This document shows, one piece after another, positions 53,384-62,807 of a stretch of DNA of 64,000 bases (positions are counted from its first letter, which is position 1; each line of letters begins with the position of its first letter). A program made the position numbers and the translations under genes. Origin of the DNA: Candidatus Omnitrophota bacterium (GTDB lineage Bacteria; Omnitrophota; Gorgyraeia; Duberdicusellales; 4484-171); contig JAIPGM010000002.1 of assembly GCA_021735655.1 (NCBI GenBank), forward strand, positions 258,747 through 322,746. The letters run 5' to 3'. Below the pieces are notes generated by a model that saw nothing but the letters and a program-made list of their open reading frames with translations, was not told where the DNA came from and searched no databases.

Positions 53384-54261
53384 CGTGCTCGTGGGTGCGC
53401 TTTTTGGTAAACGTTTTTTAAAGAATCTATCGTAAGATGGGTATATATTTGAGTAGTAGCTATTGTTGAATGACCTAAAAGCTCTTGGACACTTCGCAAA
53501 TCAGCCCCTCGGTTAAGAAGATGGGTTGCGAAAGAATGCCGAAAAGTATGTGGTGACACATGTAAATTAAGCGCAGCTTTTTTTATATACTTAGAAATAA
53601 TTAACCTAACTCCGCGATCGCTTAGAGGGCCGTTTCTTCGATTCACGAATAAAGCCTTAGTGTCATCCAGACGGGCATCTACGTATTGCTTAATACTAAC
53701 CACTGCCGGTTCCCCCAAAGGAAGAAGTCGTTCCTTGCGCCCTTTTCCCTTAACTTTGACAATTCCTCCAATAAGATCTACCTCATCTATTTTTAAGGCG
53801 GTCATTTCAGAAACTCGGGCCCCAGTTGAATAGAGAAACTCTAAAATTGCCTTATCGCGAAGAACTAAAACACCATCTCCTTTAGGGAGATTCAAAACCA
53901 GGCCAACTTCTTTTTCAGTTAAAAATTTAGGTAACGGCTTATCAAGACGGGGGTAAATTAACGAAGCTGCCGGATTATTCTTCATAATACCTTCGCGTAG
54001 AATAAATTTAAAAAAACTTTTAAGAGTAGATATCTTGCGCGATATGGTTCGCTTATCCAATCTCTTTTCACTCAAAACCCCCAGGAACTTACGTAGCAAA
54101 AAGTAATCAATGCTTTTAATATCCCTGCAGTTACGTGAGTCCAAAAATTCGGAAAACTCGTTTAAGTCCCGTTGATAATTAATAGCCGTATGCTGGGAAT
54201 AATTTTTCTCAATAGTTAGATAATTAATAAATTTATCGATATAGTATGAAAAAGAGTTCAT
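53380..54261 (-). CDS. xerC: Tyrosine recombinase XerC/XerD
   Basis: 293 aa with an N-terminal SAM-like core-binding domain and the catalytic R...HxxR...Y residues (ARVSE; HTFRHSFATHLL; LGHSTIATTQIYTH). Confidence 0.85.
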   Translation of the reverse strand: MNSFSYYIDKFINYLTIEKNYSQHTAINYQRDLNEFSEFLDSRNCRDIKSIDYFLLRKFLGVLSEKRLDKRTISRKISTLKSFFKFILREGIMKNNPAASLIYPRLDKPLPKFLTEKEVGLVLNLPKGDGVLVLRDKAILEFLYSTGARVSEMTALKIDEVDLIGGIVKVKGKGRKERLLPLGEPAVVSIKQYVDARLDDTKALFVNRRNGPLSDRGVRLIISKYIKKAALNLHVSPHTFRHSFATHLLNRGADLRSVQELLGHSTIATTQIYTHLTIDSLKNVYQKAHPRAR

Positions 54262-56234
54262 TAGTTAACTATAGTTTGTTCTTCTTCTCCTGGCGACTTA
54301 TCATCAGGAAGACTACGGTTAGTATAAGTACACTTTGGAAAAGAACTGCAACCAAAGAATATTTGACCACGCCGGTTTCTACGCTCAACCAACTCTCCCT
54401 GTTTACACTCCGGACAAACTATTCCAGTGGTAATACTTTCAGCATACTTACATTTAGGAAAATGCTCGCAACTCAAGAAACGACCCTTTCTTGACCATTT
54501 AATTATCATTCGGCCATCACACTTGGTGCAATTTTTATCCGAATATTCAATTTCTTTTTTCGCTAAAATTAATGACCTGTCCACTCGTTCCTTAAACTGC
54601 GGATAAAAATCCTTCAAAATCTTATGCCACTCTATTTTGCCACGCTCAACTTCATCTAGCTTTTCTTCCATCGAAGCGGTGAACCCTTCATCCATAATCT
54701 TAGGAAAAAACTCTACTAAAAGTTTAATTACCTTTGCCCCTAAATCAGTCGGAATAAAAGCACGTTTTTCTCGACGGGCATAATTCCTTCTAATCAAAGT
54801 AAATATAGTCGGCGCGTAAGTGGATGGCCTACCGATACCTTTTTCTTCAAGCAAGCGCACCAAAGATGCATCGTTATAGCGCGGTGGGGGCTTAGTTACG
54901 TGTTCAATCACGTTAAATTCCCCAGCCTCTAAATCTTGCCCTTTTTTAAGGTCGGGCAAAGGGTTATCTTCAGCTCCCGAATCAAGAACTTTAAGATATC
55001 CCGGAAAAACTACCCGCCTCCCATCGGCGGCAAATTCACTGTCCTTTGACAAAATTATTGCTTTTTTTTGCTCCAACAAAGCCTCTTTCATAACTGTCGA
55101 GAGAAATCTTCGCCAAATTAGTTCATACAGCCGTAGTTCATCATCAGAAAGAGAAGAGGCTAAATCCTCAGGTCTACGATATACGCTAGTCGGTCGTATG
55201 GCTTCATGGGCAAGCTGAGCCCCCTTTTTCTTTTTGTAGCGATACTCTTTATCGGCAATATAATCCTGACCAAAGGTTTCACCAACGAACTCTTTAGCTT
55301 CATTTTTAGCTTTTGAGCTTACATGAAAAGAATCAGTACGCATATACGTGATCAGACCGACGCTTTCATCATTAATTTGGATACCTTCGTATAGCTTCTG
55401 GGCAATCATCATTGTTTTTTGAGCCGAGAAATGTAATTTGTTAAAAGCTTCTTGCTGTAAAAGTGAAGTAATATGTGGCGAAGGTGGTTTTCTCGTAGAG
55501 TTTTTCTTTATTATATCTTTTACCGAAAAATCTTGATCTTTAACTATCGCTATACACTGATCGGCATCGGTTATTTTAGTAAATATTCCTTTTTTACTTC
55601 TGTACTTATTAAGTTTGGCCTTAAAAGTTAAATCCTGAGTCTTAAATTGAGCTTCAACTGAATAAGTAGTTTGTGGTTTAAATTTTTCTATTTCTTTTTC
55701 ACGCTCAACGATAAACTTTAAAGCTATCGACTGTACTCTTCCGGCTGAAAGACCGCGAACTATCTTTTTCCACAAAAGCGGTGAAAGACTATAACCAACA
55801 ACTCGGTCTAAAACTCTTCGGGCAATCTGTGAATTAACCCTATTAACATCTAGCTTACTCGGATGCTTAAAAGCCTCAATTAAAGCCTCCTTAGTAATTT
55901 CATGAAAGGTCACCCGACTGAACTTCGTTGTTACTTCTGATAGCTGTTCTTTTATATGCCAACTTATCGCCTCCCCTTCTCGATCCGGGTCAGTAGCCAA
56001 ATAAACTACCTTTTTCTTTTTGGCTTTTTTCTTTAACTGCTTTACTGCTTTTTCTTTTCCCGAAATAATCTTATAGTTTGGTTCAAAATTATTTTCGATG
56101 TCTATTGAAATTTTATTGACCGGTAAATCTACTAAATGCCCCATTGAAGAGACAACTTCGTAATCTTTTCCTAAAATCGAGCCAATGGTCTTTGCTTTTG
56201 TCGGCGATTCAACTATAACTAAATACTTACTCAT
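54261..56234 (-). CDS. topA: DNA topoisomerase I
   Basis: 657 aa with a TOPRIM domain (LVIVESPTKAKTI; LATDPDREGEAI), the active-site region (ITYMRTDS) and C-terminal Cys4 zinc ribbons. Confidence 0.95.
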   Translation of the reverse strand: MSKYLVIVESPTKAKTIGSILGKDYEVVSSMGHLVDLPVNKISIDIENNFEPNYKIISGKEKAVKQLKKKAKKKKVVYLATDPDREGEAISWHIKEQLSEVTTKFSRVTFHEITKEALIEAFKHPSKLDVNRVNSQIARRVLDRVVGYSLSPLLWKKIVRGLSAGRVQSIALKFIVEREKEIEKFKPQTTYSVEAQFKTQDLTFKAKLNKYRSKKGIFTKITDADQCIAIVKDQDFSVKDIIKKNSTRKPPSPHITSLLQQEAFNKLHFSAQKTMMIAQKLYEGIQINDESVGLITYMRTDSFHVSSKAKNEAKEFVGETFGQDYIADKEYRYKKKKGAQLAHEAIRPTSVYRRPEDLASSLSDDELRLYELIWRRFLSTVMKEALLEQKKAIILSKDSEFAADGRRVVFPGYLKVLDSGAEDNPLPDLKKGQDLEAGEFNVIEHVTKPPPRYNDASLVRLLEEKGIGRPSTYAPTIFTLIRRNYARREKRAFIPTDLGAKVIKLLVEFFPKIMDEGFTASMEEKLDEVERGKIEWHKILKDFYPQFKERVDRSLILAKKEIEYSDKNCTKCDGRMIIKWSRKGRFLSCEHFPKCKYAESITTGIVCPECKQGELVERRNRRGQIFFGCSSFPKCTYTNRSLPDDKSPGEEEQTIVN

Positions 56235-56239
56235 AATTA

Positions 56240-57154
56240 CTAATTACTCTCCAGTTTTACTAAATTTTCCTCTTTATCTTTAAATTTATCAAAATTAATA
56301 TTTAATTCATCTAAAATATCCTCTAAAGTCTCAACTAATTTTGCTCCATCTTTGATTAAAAAATGCGGCCCTTTGCTCAAAAGAGAATTGACTGGCCCCG
56401 GAATAGCGAACACTTCACGATTCTGTTCGCAAGCTAACCGAGCAGTAATTAAGGCGCCGCTTCTTTTGGCTGCCTCAACAACTAATACCCCACATGAAAG
56501 ACCGCTAACAATTCGGTTACGTCGCGGAAAATTTTCCGGTAAAGGCGGGGTATTAAGCGGAAACTCGCTAATAACCACTCCCTTTGCGGTAATTTTTTCA
56601 AAAAGAGCCTGATTTTCCCGAGGATAAACATTAAGCAAACCACTACCTAAAACCGCAACCGTCTCACCGGTCTCTATTGCTCCTTTGTGAGCTGCGGTAT
56701 CAACCCCCCTAGCTAAACCAGAAATAATAACAATACCTAAAGAAGAAAGCTTAACAGCATAATCGTGAGCCAAAGAAATTCCATAATTAGTCGCATTTCT
56801 ACTTCCAACGATAGCAAATAAGGGCTTATTCAAAACAGTTAAATCACCCTCCAGATAAAGAAGTAGCGGCGCTGAATCGATTTCTCTTAATAGGCTCGGA
56901 TAACCAGGGTCAAAAATATCCAGACAAATAACTTTATTCTTTTCAATCAAACGTAGTTCATCATCGAAAACTTTAGAATTTCGAAACTTTAAAATTTTTT
57001 CGATATCATTATTAGTTAAAGAAGAAATCTCCCTTAACTCAGCAACATTTACTCTCAATAGTGAATCTAAATCCGAAAAACTAGCGACTAAGTCTTTTAT
57101 CTTCTTAGGTGAAAGATTTATAAGATTAAGTAAAATTGAACTTTTTTTAGCCAT
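56240..57154 (-). CDS. dprA: DNA-processing protein DprA (Smf)
   Basis: 304 aa with the DprA Rossmann-like motifs (AIVGSRNAT.YG; ISGLARGVDTAAHKGA; RRNRIVSGLS). Confidence 0.9.
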   Translation of the reverse strand: MAKKSSILLNLINLSPKKIKDLVASFSDLDSLLRVNVAELREISSLTNNDIEKILKFRNSKVFDDELRLIEKNKVICLDIFDPGYPSLLREIDSAPLLLYLEGDLTVLNKPLFAIVGSRNATNYGISLAHDYAVKLSSLGIVIISGLARGVDTAAHKGAIETGETVAVLGSGLLNVYPRENQALFEKITAKGVVISEFPLNTPPLPENFPRRNRIVSGLSCGVLVVEAAKRSGALITARLACEQNREVFAIPGPVNSLLSKGPHFLIKDGAKLVETLEDILDELNINFDKFKDKEENLVKLESN

Positions 57155-57659
57155 TAGTTAACTTTAACAACTCGATAATTTTATAAACTACTCCCTCTGG
57201 GTCTAGTTTATCAGTGTCAACTGTATAGTCAGCCTGTTCATAGTATGGTTTTCGAGCAACAAGTAACCTTTCGATTACCGCCAAAGGATCCTTAGTGTTT
57301 AGCAACGGTCGGTGAATCTTATGCTTAGTTCTTTCATGAATTGTTGAAGCCTTTGCCGAAAGAGAGACCACTACTCCGCTTTCTTTTAAAATACCTAGAT
57401 TATCTTCATTACAGATAAGCCCACCGCCACAGCTAATCACTAAATCACTTTTTGCTGACAATTCCCTAAGTAATTCTTGCTCGAGACGACGAAAATGGGC
57501 TTCGCCCGAATCGGCAAAAATGTTCGTAATCGACTTGCCTTGGTCTTCTTCAATGGCTACATCCATATCAACAAAGCCACGATTTAACTTCTTAGCCAAA
57601 AAACTAGCAACCGTCGTCTTACCGGTTCCCATAAACCCTACGATATATATATTATTCAT
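57147..57659 (-). CDS. aroK: Shikimate kinase
   Basis: 170 aa with the Walker A motif GFMGTGKTT, DMD, and FRRLE..L.....VISCGGG. Confidence 0.9.
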   Translation of the reverse strand: MNNIYIVGFMGTGKTTVASFLAKKLNRGFVDMDVAIEEDQGKSITNIFADSGEAHFRRLEQELLRELSAKSDLVISCGGGLICNEDNLGILKESGVVVSLSAKASTIHERTKHKIHRPLLNTKDPLAVIERLLVARKPYYEQADYTVDTDKLDPEGVVYKIIELLKLTNG

Positions 57660-57755
57660 AAAAATAAAATGGTTTCTTGTGTGCTATATAGGTAAGTAGT
57701 ATTATCAACAGATTTATGAAAAAAGTCAAGCTGGAGATTAAAAAGACAGTAAATT

Positions 57756-57801
57756 ATAAAAAATAAAACCCTAACCGATTGATTAACAGTCAGTTAGGGT
57801 T
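57756..57801 (-). terminator. Rho-independent terminator after the acyl-CoA dehydrogenase gene
   Basis: Minus strand AACCCUAAC-(17 nt loop)-GUUAGGGUU followed by UUAUUUUUUAU. Confidence 0.6.
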
Positions 57802-57833
57802 AGTAAACCGATATCTGGTTTCTTTAGGCTCGT

Positions 57834-59003
57834 TTACTTACCGTATTTCTTTATCAGTTCAAGAGCAATAATATTCCTCTGAATTTGGTTTGTGCCTTCA
57901 TAAATTTGAGTAATTTTGGCATCGCGCATAAATTTCTCAATCGGATAGTCACGCATATAGCCATAGCCACCATAGATTTGAACAGCATTGGTAGTAACCT
58001 CCATGGCCACATCTGAAGCAAACATCTTAGCGGCAGCCGAAGCTACCCCAACATCCTTTGACCCCCGATCAACCATCGAAGCGCAAGCATAAACTAGGCT
58101 TCGAGCAGCCTCAATCTTAGTAGCCATATCCGCCAACATCCATTGTATACCCTGAAATGAGCTTATCGGTTTGCCAAACTGTATACGTTCATGTGCATAT
58201 TTGGTTGCAAGTTCTAAAGCTCCTTGAGCAATACCAACAGCCTGAGCAGCTACCCCCGGACGAGATTGATCAAAAGTCCTCATAGTAGCAATAAAACCTA
58301 ATCCTTCACGGCCACCAAGTAGATTTTCCTGAGGAACCTTAACATCATTAAAAACAAGTTCTCCAGTAGAAGAAGCTCTTATGCCTAATTTTTCTTCCTT
58401 TTTACCAAAAGTAAATCCCTCAGCCCCTTTCTCGACTATAAACGCTGAAACTCCTCGCGGCCCCCTGGATTTATTGGTTACTGCAACAACCGTATAAACT
58501 TGAGCATCACCAGCATTAGTAATAAAATGCTTAGTGCCATTTAAAATATAATAATCACCGTCTTTTTTAGCAGTTGTTTTTACCGCTGCGGCATCTGATC
58601 CGGCCTCTGGTTCAGTTAAACCAAAAGCAGTCAAATGTTTGCCGGAAGCAATGTCCGGTAAATATTTCTTTTTTTGATCTTCAGTTCCATGTAGTAAAAT
58701 TGGAAACATACCCAAAAATGATGCTGCATAAGAAGTTGCCACGCCTCCGTCAACACGAGATATCTCTTCAGTTGCAATACACAGCTCAGCTAGCCCCGAA
58801 CCCATTCCGCCATAGGCCTCTGGGATACAAAGTGAAAAAAGATCCGATTGAGCAAGGATTTGCATAATATCTTTAGGAAATTCCTCCTTCTCATCGAGTT
58901 CCCTGGACTGAGGACGAATCTTTTCCTCAGCAATTTGGCGACATAGCTCCCGTAACATTTTTTGATCTTCAGTTAGATTATGATCAACAATAAACATAAT
59001 CAA
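57834..59003 (-). CDS. Acyl-CoA dehydrogenase (short/butyryl-CoA dehydrogenase-like)
   Basis: 389 aa with typical ACAD motifs (GLTEPEAGSDAAA; QIYGGYGYMRDYPIEKFMRDAKITQIYEGTNQIQ). Confidence 0.9.
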   Translation of the reverse strand: MIMFIVDHNLTEDQKMLRELCRQIAEEKIRPQSRELDEKEEFPKDIMQILAQSDLFSLCIPEAYGGMGSGLAELCIATEEISRVDGGVATSYAASFLGMFPILLHGTEDQKKKYLPDIASGKHLTAFGLTEPEAGSDAAAVKTTAKKDGDYYILNGTKHFITNAGDAQVYTVVAVTNKSRGPRGVSAFIVEKGAEGFTFGKKEEKLGIRASSTGELVFNDVKVPQENLLGGREGLGFIATMRTFDQSRPGVAAQAVGIAQGALELATKYAHERIQFGKPISSFQGIQWMLADMATKIEAARSLVYACASMVDRGSKDVGVASAAAKMFASDVAMEVTTNAVQIYGGYGYMRDYPIEKFMRDAKITQIYEGTNQIQRNIIALELIKKYGK

Positions 59004-59013
59004 TCCTCCTAGA

Positions 59014-59475
59014 TTATTTACCCTTTAATTTTAAAATTACCGCCTCCTCAGAACAATTAGGAAAACTCATACAATGTATGCAGTCACTCCAAATTTTATG
59101 CGGTAACTTCTTACGAGATATTTTTTTAAAACCTAACTTTTTAAAAAACTGAGGAACAAAGGTTAATGCAAAAATATTACTTACCTCTAACCTTCTAGCT
59201 TCCTCTAAACATTTTAAAACTAGTTTTTTTCCAATGCCGCGGCCTTGAAAACTCTTAGCAATGGCTAAAGACTTTACTTCACCGAGATCTTGCCAACCGA
59301 CAACGCTAAGAGCGCAACAGCCAATTATTCGTTTACCCTGGGTATAAACCCAAAAATCACGTATATGCTCATAGATATAATTTAAAGAACGCTCTAAAAC
59401 TCTGCCCTCTTTGGCCCAAGCATTAATAAGAGCTTGAATTTTTTTACTATCAGTTAGAGTAGCTTTTCTTATCAT
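59014..59475 (-). CDS. GNAT family N-acetyltransferase (short ArgA-like)
   Basis: 153 aa with the acetyl-CoA binding motif QGRGIGKKL. Confidence 0.8.
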   Translation of the reverse strand: MIRKATLTDSKKIQALINAWAKEGRVLERSLNYIYEHIRDFWVYTQGKRIIGCCALSVVGWQDLGEVKSLAIAKSFQGRGIGKKLVLKCLEEARRLEVSNIFALTFVPQFFKKLGFKKISRKKLPHKIWSDCIHCMSFPNCSEEAVILKLKGK

Positions 59476-60107
59476 TCAAAAAAGAATGTGATGCCAGCTA
59501 AATACATTTTTGCATCTATACCTTTGTTCGGATGTTTTATGCTGGCATTAGAAAGGTGGCGGTGACGATATTCACAACTAAAAGCAATATTATCCTTCAA
59601 GCTCCAATGAAACCCAACCGACCCCTGAGGTAAAAAATTCCACTGTGTTCCCTGCTCTTTCGTCTCCTGAGACATATAAATTAAACCAAGACCGCCTTTA
59701 ATATAAGGTTGGAACCAATCAGTAAGCGGAAAATCATATTCAACTAGAAAATTCGAACCTACCTCAAACTCATCGCTGGGACTGGTAATAACATTAAAAA
59801 ATGGTTCGAGTACAAAATCTAGGTAACCTTTAGTGCTAATGCCAACTTTTGAAAAAAAAGGCCTTGCATCGTAACCCAAAGAAACCAAAAGAGATACGCC
59901 TCGATTATCATGCTCGTGCTTCATTCGCTCGTCTAAAAACCCGGTAAAGATTCCAATTTTACGCAAGCCTCCTTCTTTGGCGGTTGGGACTTCAGTAGCA
60001 ACTTTAGCCTGGCCTTTACCTTCAATGCTATCTAAAGTGTCGCTAATACCGGCATAAGTAAAACCTGGAATAAAAAGAAAAACTAAAACAACTACTATCT
60101 TTTTCAT
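59472..60107 (-). CDS. Acyloxyacyl hydrolase / lipid A 3-O-deacylase (PagL)-like outer-membrane beta-barrel
   Basis: Signal peptide, alternating beta-strand pattern, the C-terminal RHRHLSNASI...NKGID motif (H-x-S-N, PagL-like catalytic region) and terminal aromatic residues. Confidence 0.65.
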   Translation of the reverse strand: MKKIVVVLVFLFIPGFTYAGISDTLDSIEGKGQAKVATEVPTAKEGGLRKIGIFTGFLDERMKHEHDNRGVSLLVSLGYDARPFFSKVGISTKGYLDFVLEPFFNVITSPSDEFEVGSNFLVEYDFPLTDWFQPYIKGGLGLIYMSQETKEQGTQWNFLPQGSVGFHWSLKDNIAFSCEYRHRHLSNASIKHPNKGIDAKMYLAGITFFFE

Positions 60108-60146
60108 CGTTATATTGTAGCAAAAATACTTACTATTGCAACTTTT

Positions 60147-61379
60147 TTATTGCACTAATAAGGGAATGATTTCAGAAAGGGTAGGATGAATAAAAAGGCA
60201 TTTCTTTAAATCATTCAAATTTAATTGATTCTTTATGCAAAGCGAAAAAATACTGATTAGCTCGCCAGCATGCTTTGAAATTATCCCGGCACCAATTATC
60301 TTCCCCTGGTCATCGATCAAAACCTTCATAAATCCGTCGCTATCGTCATAGACATGAGCCGAAGAAAACTTTAAAAAGTTTGACTTTATAACTTTAAAAT
60401 TAATTCCTTCTAACTTAGCCTCAGCTTCTAAAATACCAACCTTAGCTAGCTGGGGTTGAGAAAATACACATTCCGGTAATCCACTATAATCTTCAAGAAT
60501 ATTTTTACCGCTTATATTGTCAACCGCAAGACGCCCTTGATATTCCGCCACATAGGCCAGAAGGCGTTTTCCAATCACGTCGCCACAAGCATAAATATTA
60601 TCCTGAGAAGTTTTAAGGTAATTGTCTGTTTTAATCCAGCCATTACCGTCAACTAAAACAGCAGCATTTTCTAATTTTAAGCCTTCCAAGCTCGGGCTTC
60701 GGCCAACTGCTTGGACGATCATAGAAAACTTACTGAAATCATACTTATTAGCATCGACTCCGGTTTCCAGCTCAACCCCCTGCCGCTTGAGAATTACTTC
60801 TAAACGCGAGCTAAGTTGGCTATCAAAACTAGGTAAAATCTGATTTTCTTTTTCAATCAGAAGTACTTTTTTACCGAATTTGTGTAAAAGCGAAGATAAT
60901 TCTACCCCCACATAGCCGGCTCCAATAATTAAAATATTATCAGCTAAAATTTTTTGATCAAGAACCGATTCAACTGAAATAGTTTTTGATGATTTAAAAA
61001 TATCTTTGGAAAGAGACCCTGAAGCGATAATAATATTTTTAGCTAAGACTTTTTCTCCGTTTACAGCTAAAGTATTTTTATCGACAAAAGAAGCTTCCCC
61101 GAAAATAATATCTAACCCTTGCTTCTTTAGAGAACCGATTATCGGTAACTTAATTTTTTCAATCAGAGCTTGCTTTAATACCAATAAGTCAGACCAAGAT
61201 TTACTTGAGTTAGAATTTTGAATAAAAAATTTGGTAGGAATGCAACCTTGATTCAAGCAAACACCGCCGAAAGCATTTTCGCTTTTATCAATCAAGATTG
61301 ACTTTAAACCCGCGGCTAAGGCGCTCTTGGCGGCAGATATCCCAGCCGGGCCTGCTCCGATAATCGCTAGATCATACAT
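60147..61379 (-). CDS. Class I pyridine nucleotide-disulfide oxidoreductase (short dihydrolipoyl dehydrogenase-like)
   Basis: GAGPAG FAD motif, redox-active disulfide GGVCLNQGCIPTK, a second Rossmann motif GAGYVG, and a C-terminal HPTLSE motif. Confidence 0.8.
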   Translation of the reverse strand: MYDLAIIGAGPAGISAAKSALAAGLKSILIDKSENAFGGVCLNQGCIPTKFFIQNSNSSKSWSDLLVLKQALIEKIKLPIIGSLKKQGLDIIFGEASFVDKNTLAVNGEKVLAKNIIIASGSLSKDIFKSSKTISVESVLDQKILADNILIIGAGYVGVELSSLLHKFGKKVLLIEKENQILPSFDSQLSSRLEVILKRQGVELETGVDANKYDFSKFSMIVQAVGRSPSLEGLKLENAAVLVDGNGWIKTDNYLKTSQDNIYACGDVIGKRLLAYVAEYQGRLAVDNISGKNILEDYSGLPECVFSQPQLAKVGILEAEAKLEGINFKVIKSNFLKFSSAHVYDDSDGFMKVLIDDQGKIIGAGIISKHAGELISIFSLCIKNQLNLNDLKKCLFIHPTLSEIIPLLVQ

Positions 61380-62284
61380 TCTTTAAACAGTTTTTCAGCT
61401 TTTTTAAGAGCGGTTTTTTCTTTTTTAGTCAACTCTACTTCGATAATCTTGGCGATTCCTTTGCGATTAATAAAACAAGGCACGCCTAAACAAATATTAT
61501 TTAAACCATACTCACCCTTAAGCATCGCTGATACTGGAATAAGCTCATTTTTATTGTAAACAATAGTTTCAATCAACCGCGAGCAAGCAGCAGCCGGTCC
61601 AAAACGAGCGCTAGACTTTTTTAAAACACTGACTATTTCAGCCCCGCGAAGCTGAACTCTCTCTTCGATTGTTTTAGCCTTAGATTTACCAACTACGGAC
61701 TCTAAACTTTTTGTAGCAATAGTTATTCGTTTAGACTCAACAATCATATCCTTACTATGCGGTCCATAAGCAAACCCTTGCATCGAAAGTGTCGAAGCTC
61801 CAGTCGAATTGTGTAAAATATTAAAAAGACGGCTCGTATCTAAAGAAGACCCCATGCCAATGACTCGATTACGCGGGAAACCAGTCTCCTTGGCAACTAT
61901 ATAAGTAATAAAATCTAAAGGATTAGTTACGGCGATAACTATCGCATTCTTAGCGAGCTTTTTTATCTTTTCGGAAATTTCTTTAGCAATTTTTGAGTTA
62001 ATTTTTAAAAGGTCAAGACGGGTCATACCTTTTTTACGCGCAAGACCTGCGGTAATAACAACTATATCTGAATTTTTGATATCAGACAGTCTGTTGCTTC
62101 CTTTAATTTTAGTTGAAAATCCAAAAGATCCCCGACAATCCTCCAAATCTAAACCCGAACCCTTGGCCAGATCAGCGTCAATATCAATAAGTGCTAACTC
62201 ATTAACCGGCAGTCGGTTAAGAATAGTAAACGCAAGGGTAGCACCAACTCCACCAACACCAACTATCGAAATCTTATTAACCAT
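61367..62284 (-). CDS. mdh: Malate dehydrogenase (LDH-like family)
   Basis: ISIVGVGGVGATLAF Rossmann motif. The substrate loop ITAGLARKKGMTRLDL has Arg at the position that distinguishes MDH from LDH. The catalytic His region is GPHS. Confidence 0.75.
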   Translation of the reverse strand: MVNKISIVGVGGVGATLAFTILNRLPVNELALIDIDADLAKGSGLDLEDCRGSFGFSTKIKGSNRLSDIKNSDIVVITAGLARKKGMTRLDLLKINSKIAKEISEKIKKLAKNAIVIAVTNPLDFITYIVAKETGFPRNRVIGMGSSLDTSRLFNILHNSTGASTLSMQGFAYGPHSKDMIVESKRITIATKSLESVVGKSKAKTIEERVQLRGAEIVSVLKKSSARFGPAAACSRLIETIVYNKNELIPVSAMLKGEYGLNNICLGVPCFINRKGIAKIIEVELTKKEKTALKKAEKLFKECMI

Positions 62285-62294
62285 GCAATTAAGC

Positions 62295-62798
62295 TTATTT
62301 GATTTTAAATCCTTTATTTTTCTTAAGATAGCTTAAAATACCCCCACAGTAGATTAACTCCTTCCTAAAGCTATCCCAAGGTTTAAACTCCAGGCAGGCA
62401 GAGCTTTTTTCTTTAGTAATTATGCCTTTATCAAAATTTATGCTGATCTTATCGGCTTCTTTTAAAGAATTAGTATTTGCCTCAACTAAAGCTAAGCCAA
62501 TGTTAAAAGCGTTTCGATAAAAAATTCTAGCAAAGCTCTTGGCCACAACGCAAACTACGCCAGCCTCTTTTATAACCCAGGGAGCTTGTTCGCGCGACGA
62601 ACCCATACCAAAGTTTTCGCCGGCTACAATTATTGACTTTTTCGGTTCAAGTTCATCATAAAACCCCGGACGTATGTCTTCAAAAAGATAATGAGCCAAT
62701 TCTTTCATGTCAGTAATTGAAAACTTATACCGCCCAGAGATTATCCAATCAGTATTGATGTTGTTACCGAATTTAAATACTTTTCCTTTTAAAGTCAT
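62295..62798 (-). CDS. leuD: Aconitase-family small subunit (LeuD / 3-isopropylmalate dehydratase small subunit-like)
   Basis: 167 aa with the [13 protein letters not shown] start and the [14 protein letters not shown] motif. Confidence 0.8.
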   Translation of the reverse strand: MTLKGKVFKFGNNINTDWIISGRYKFSITDMKELAHYLFEDIRPGFYDELEPKKSIIVAGENFGMGSSREQAPWVIKEAGVVCVVAKSFARIFYRNAFNIGLALVEANTNSLKEADKISINFDKGIITKEKSSACLEFKPWDSFRKELIYCGGILSYLKKNKGFKIK

Positions 62799-62807
62799 TG
62801 CTGTTCT

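Noticed and set aside
53380-54261. The tyrosine recombinase considered as an integrase marking a mobile element or genomic island.
   Set aside because: The domain pattern and size fit chromosomal XerC/XerD. The gene sits in the housekeeping dprA-topA-xerC arrangement with overlapping junctions, and I saw no flanking direct repeats, tRNA target or cargo-like genes.
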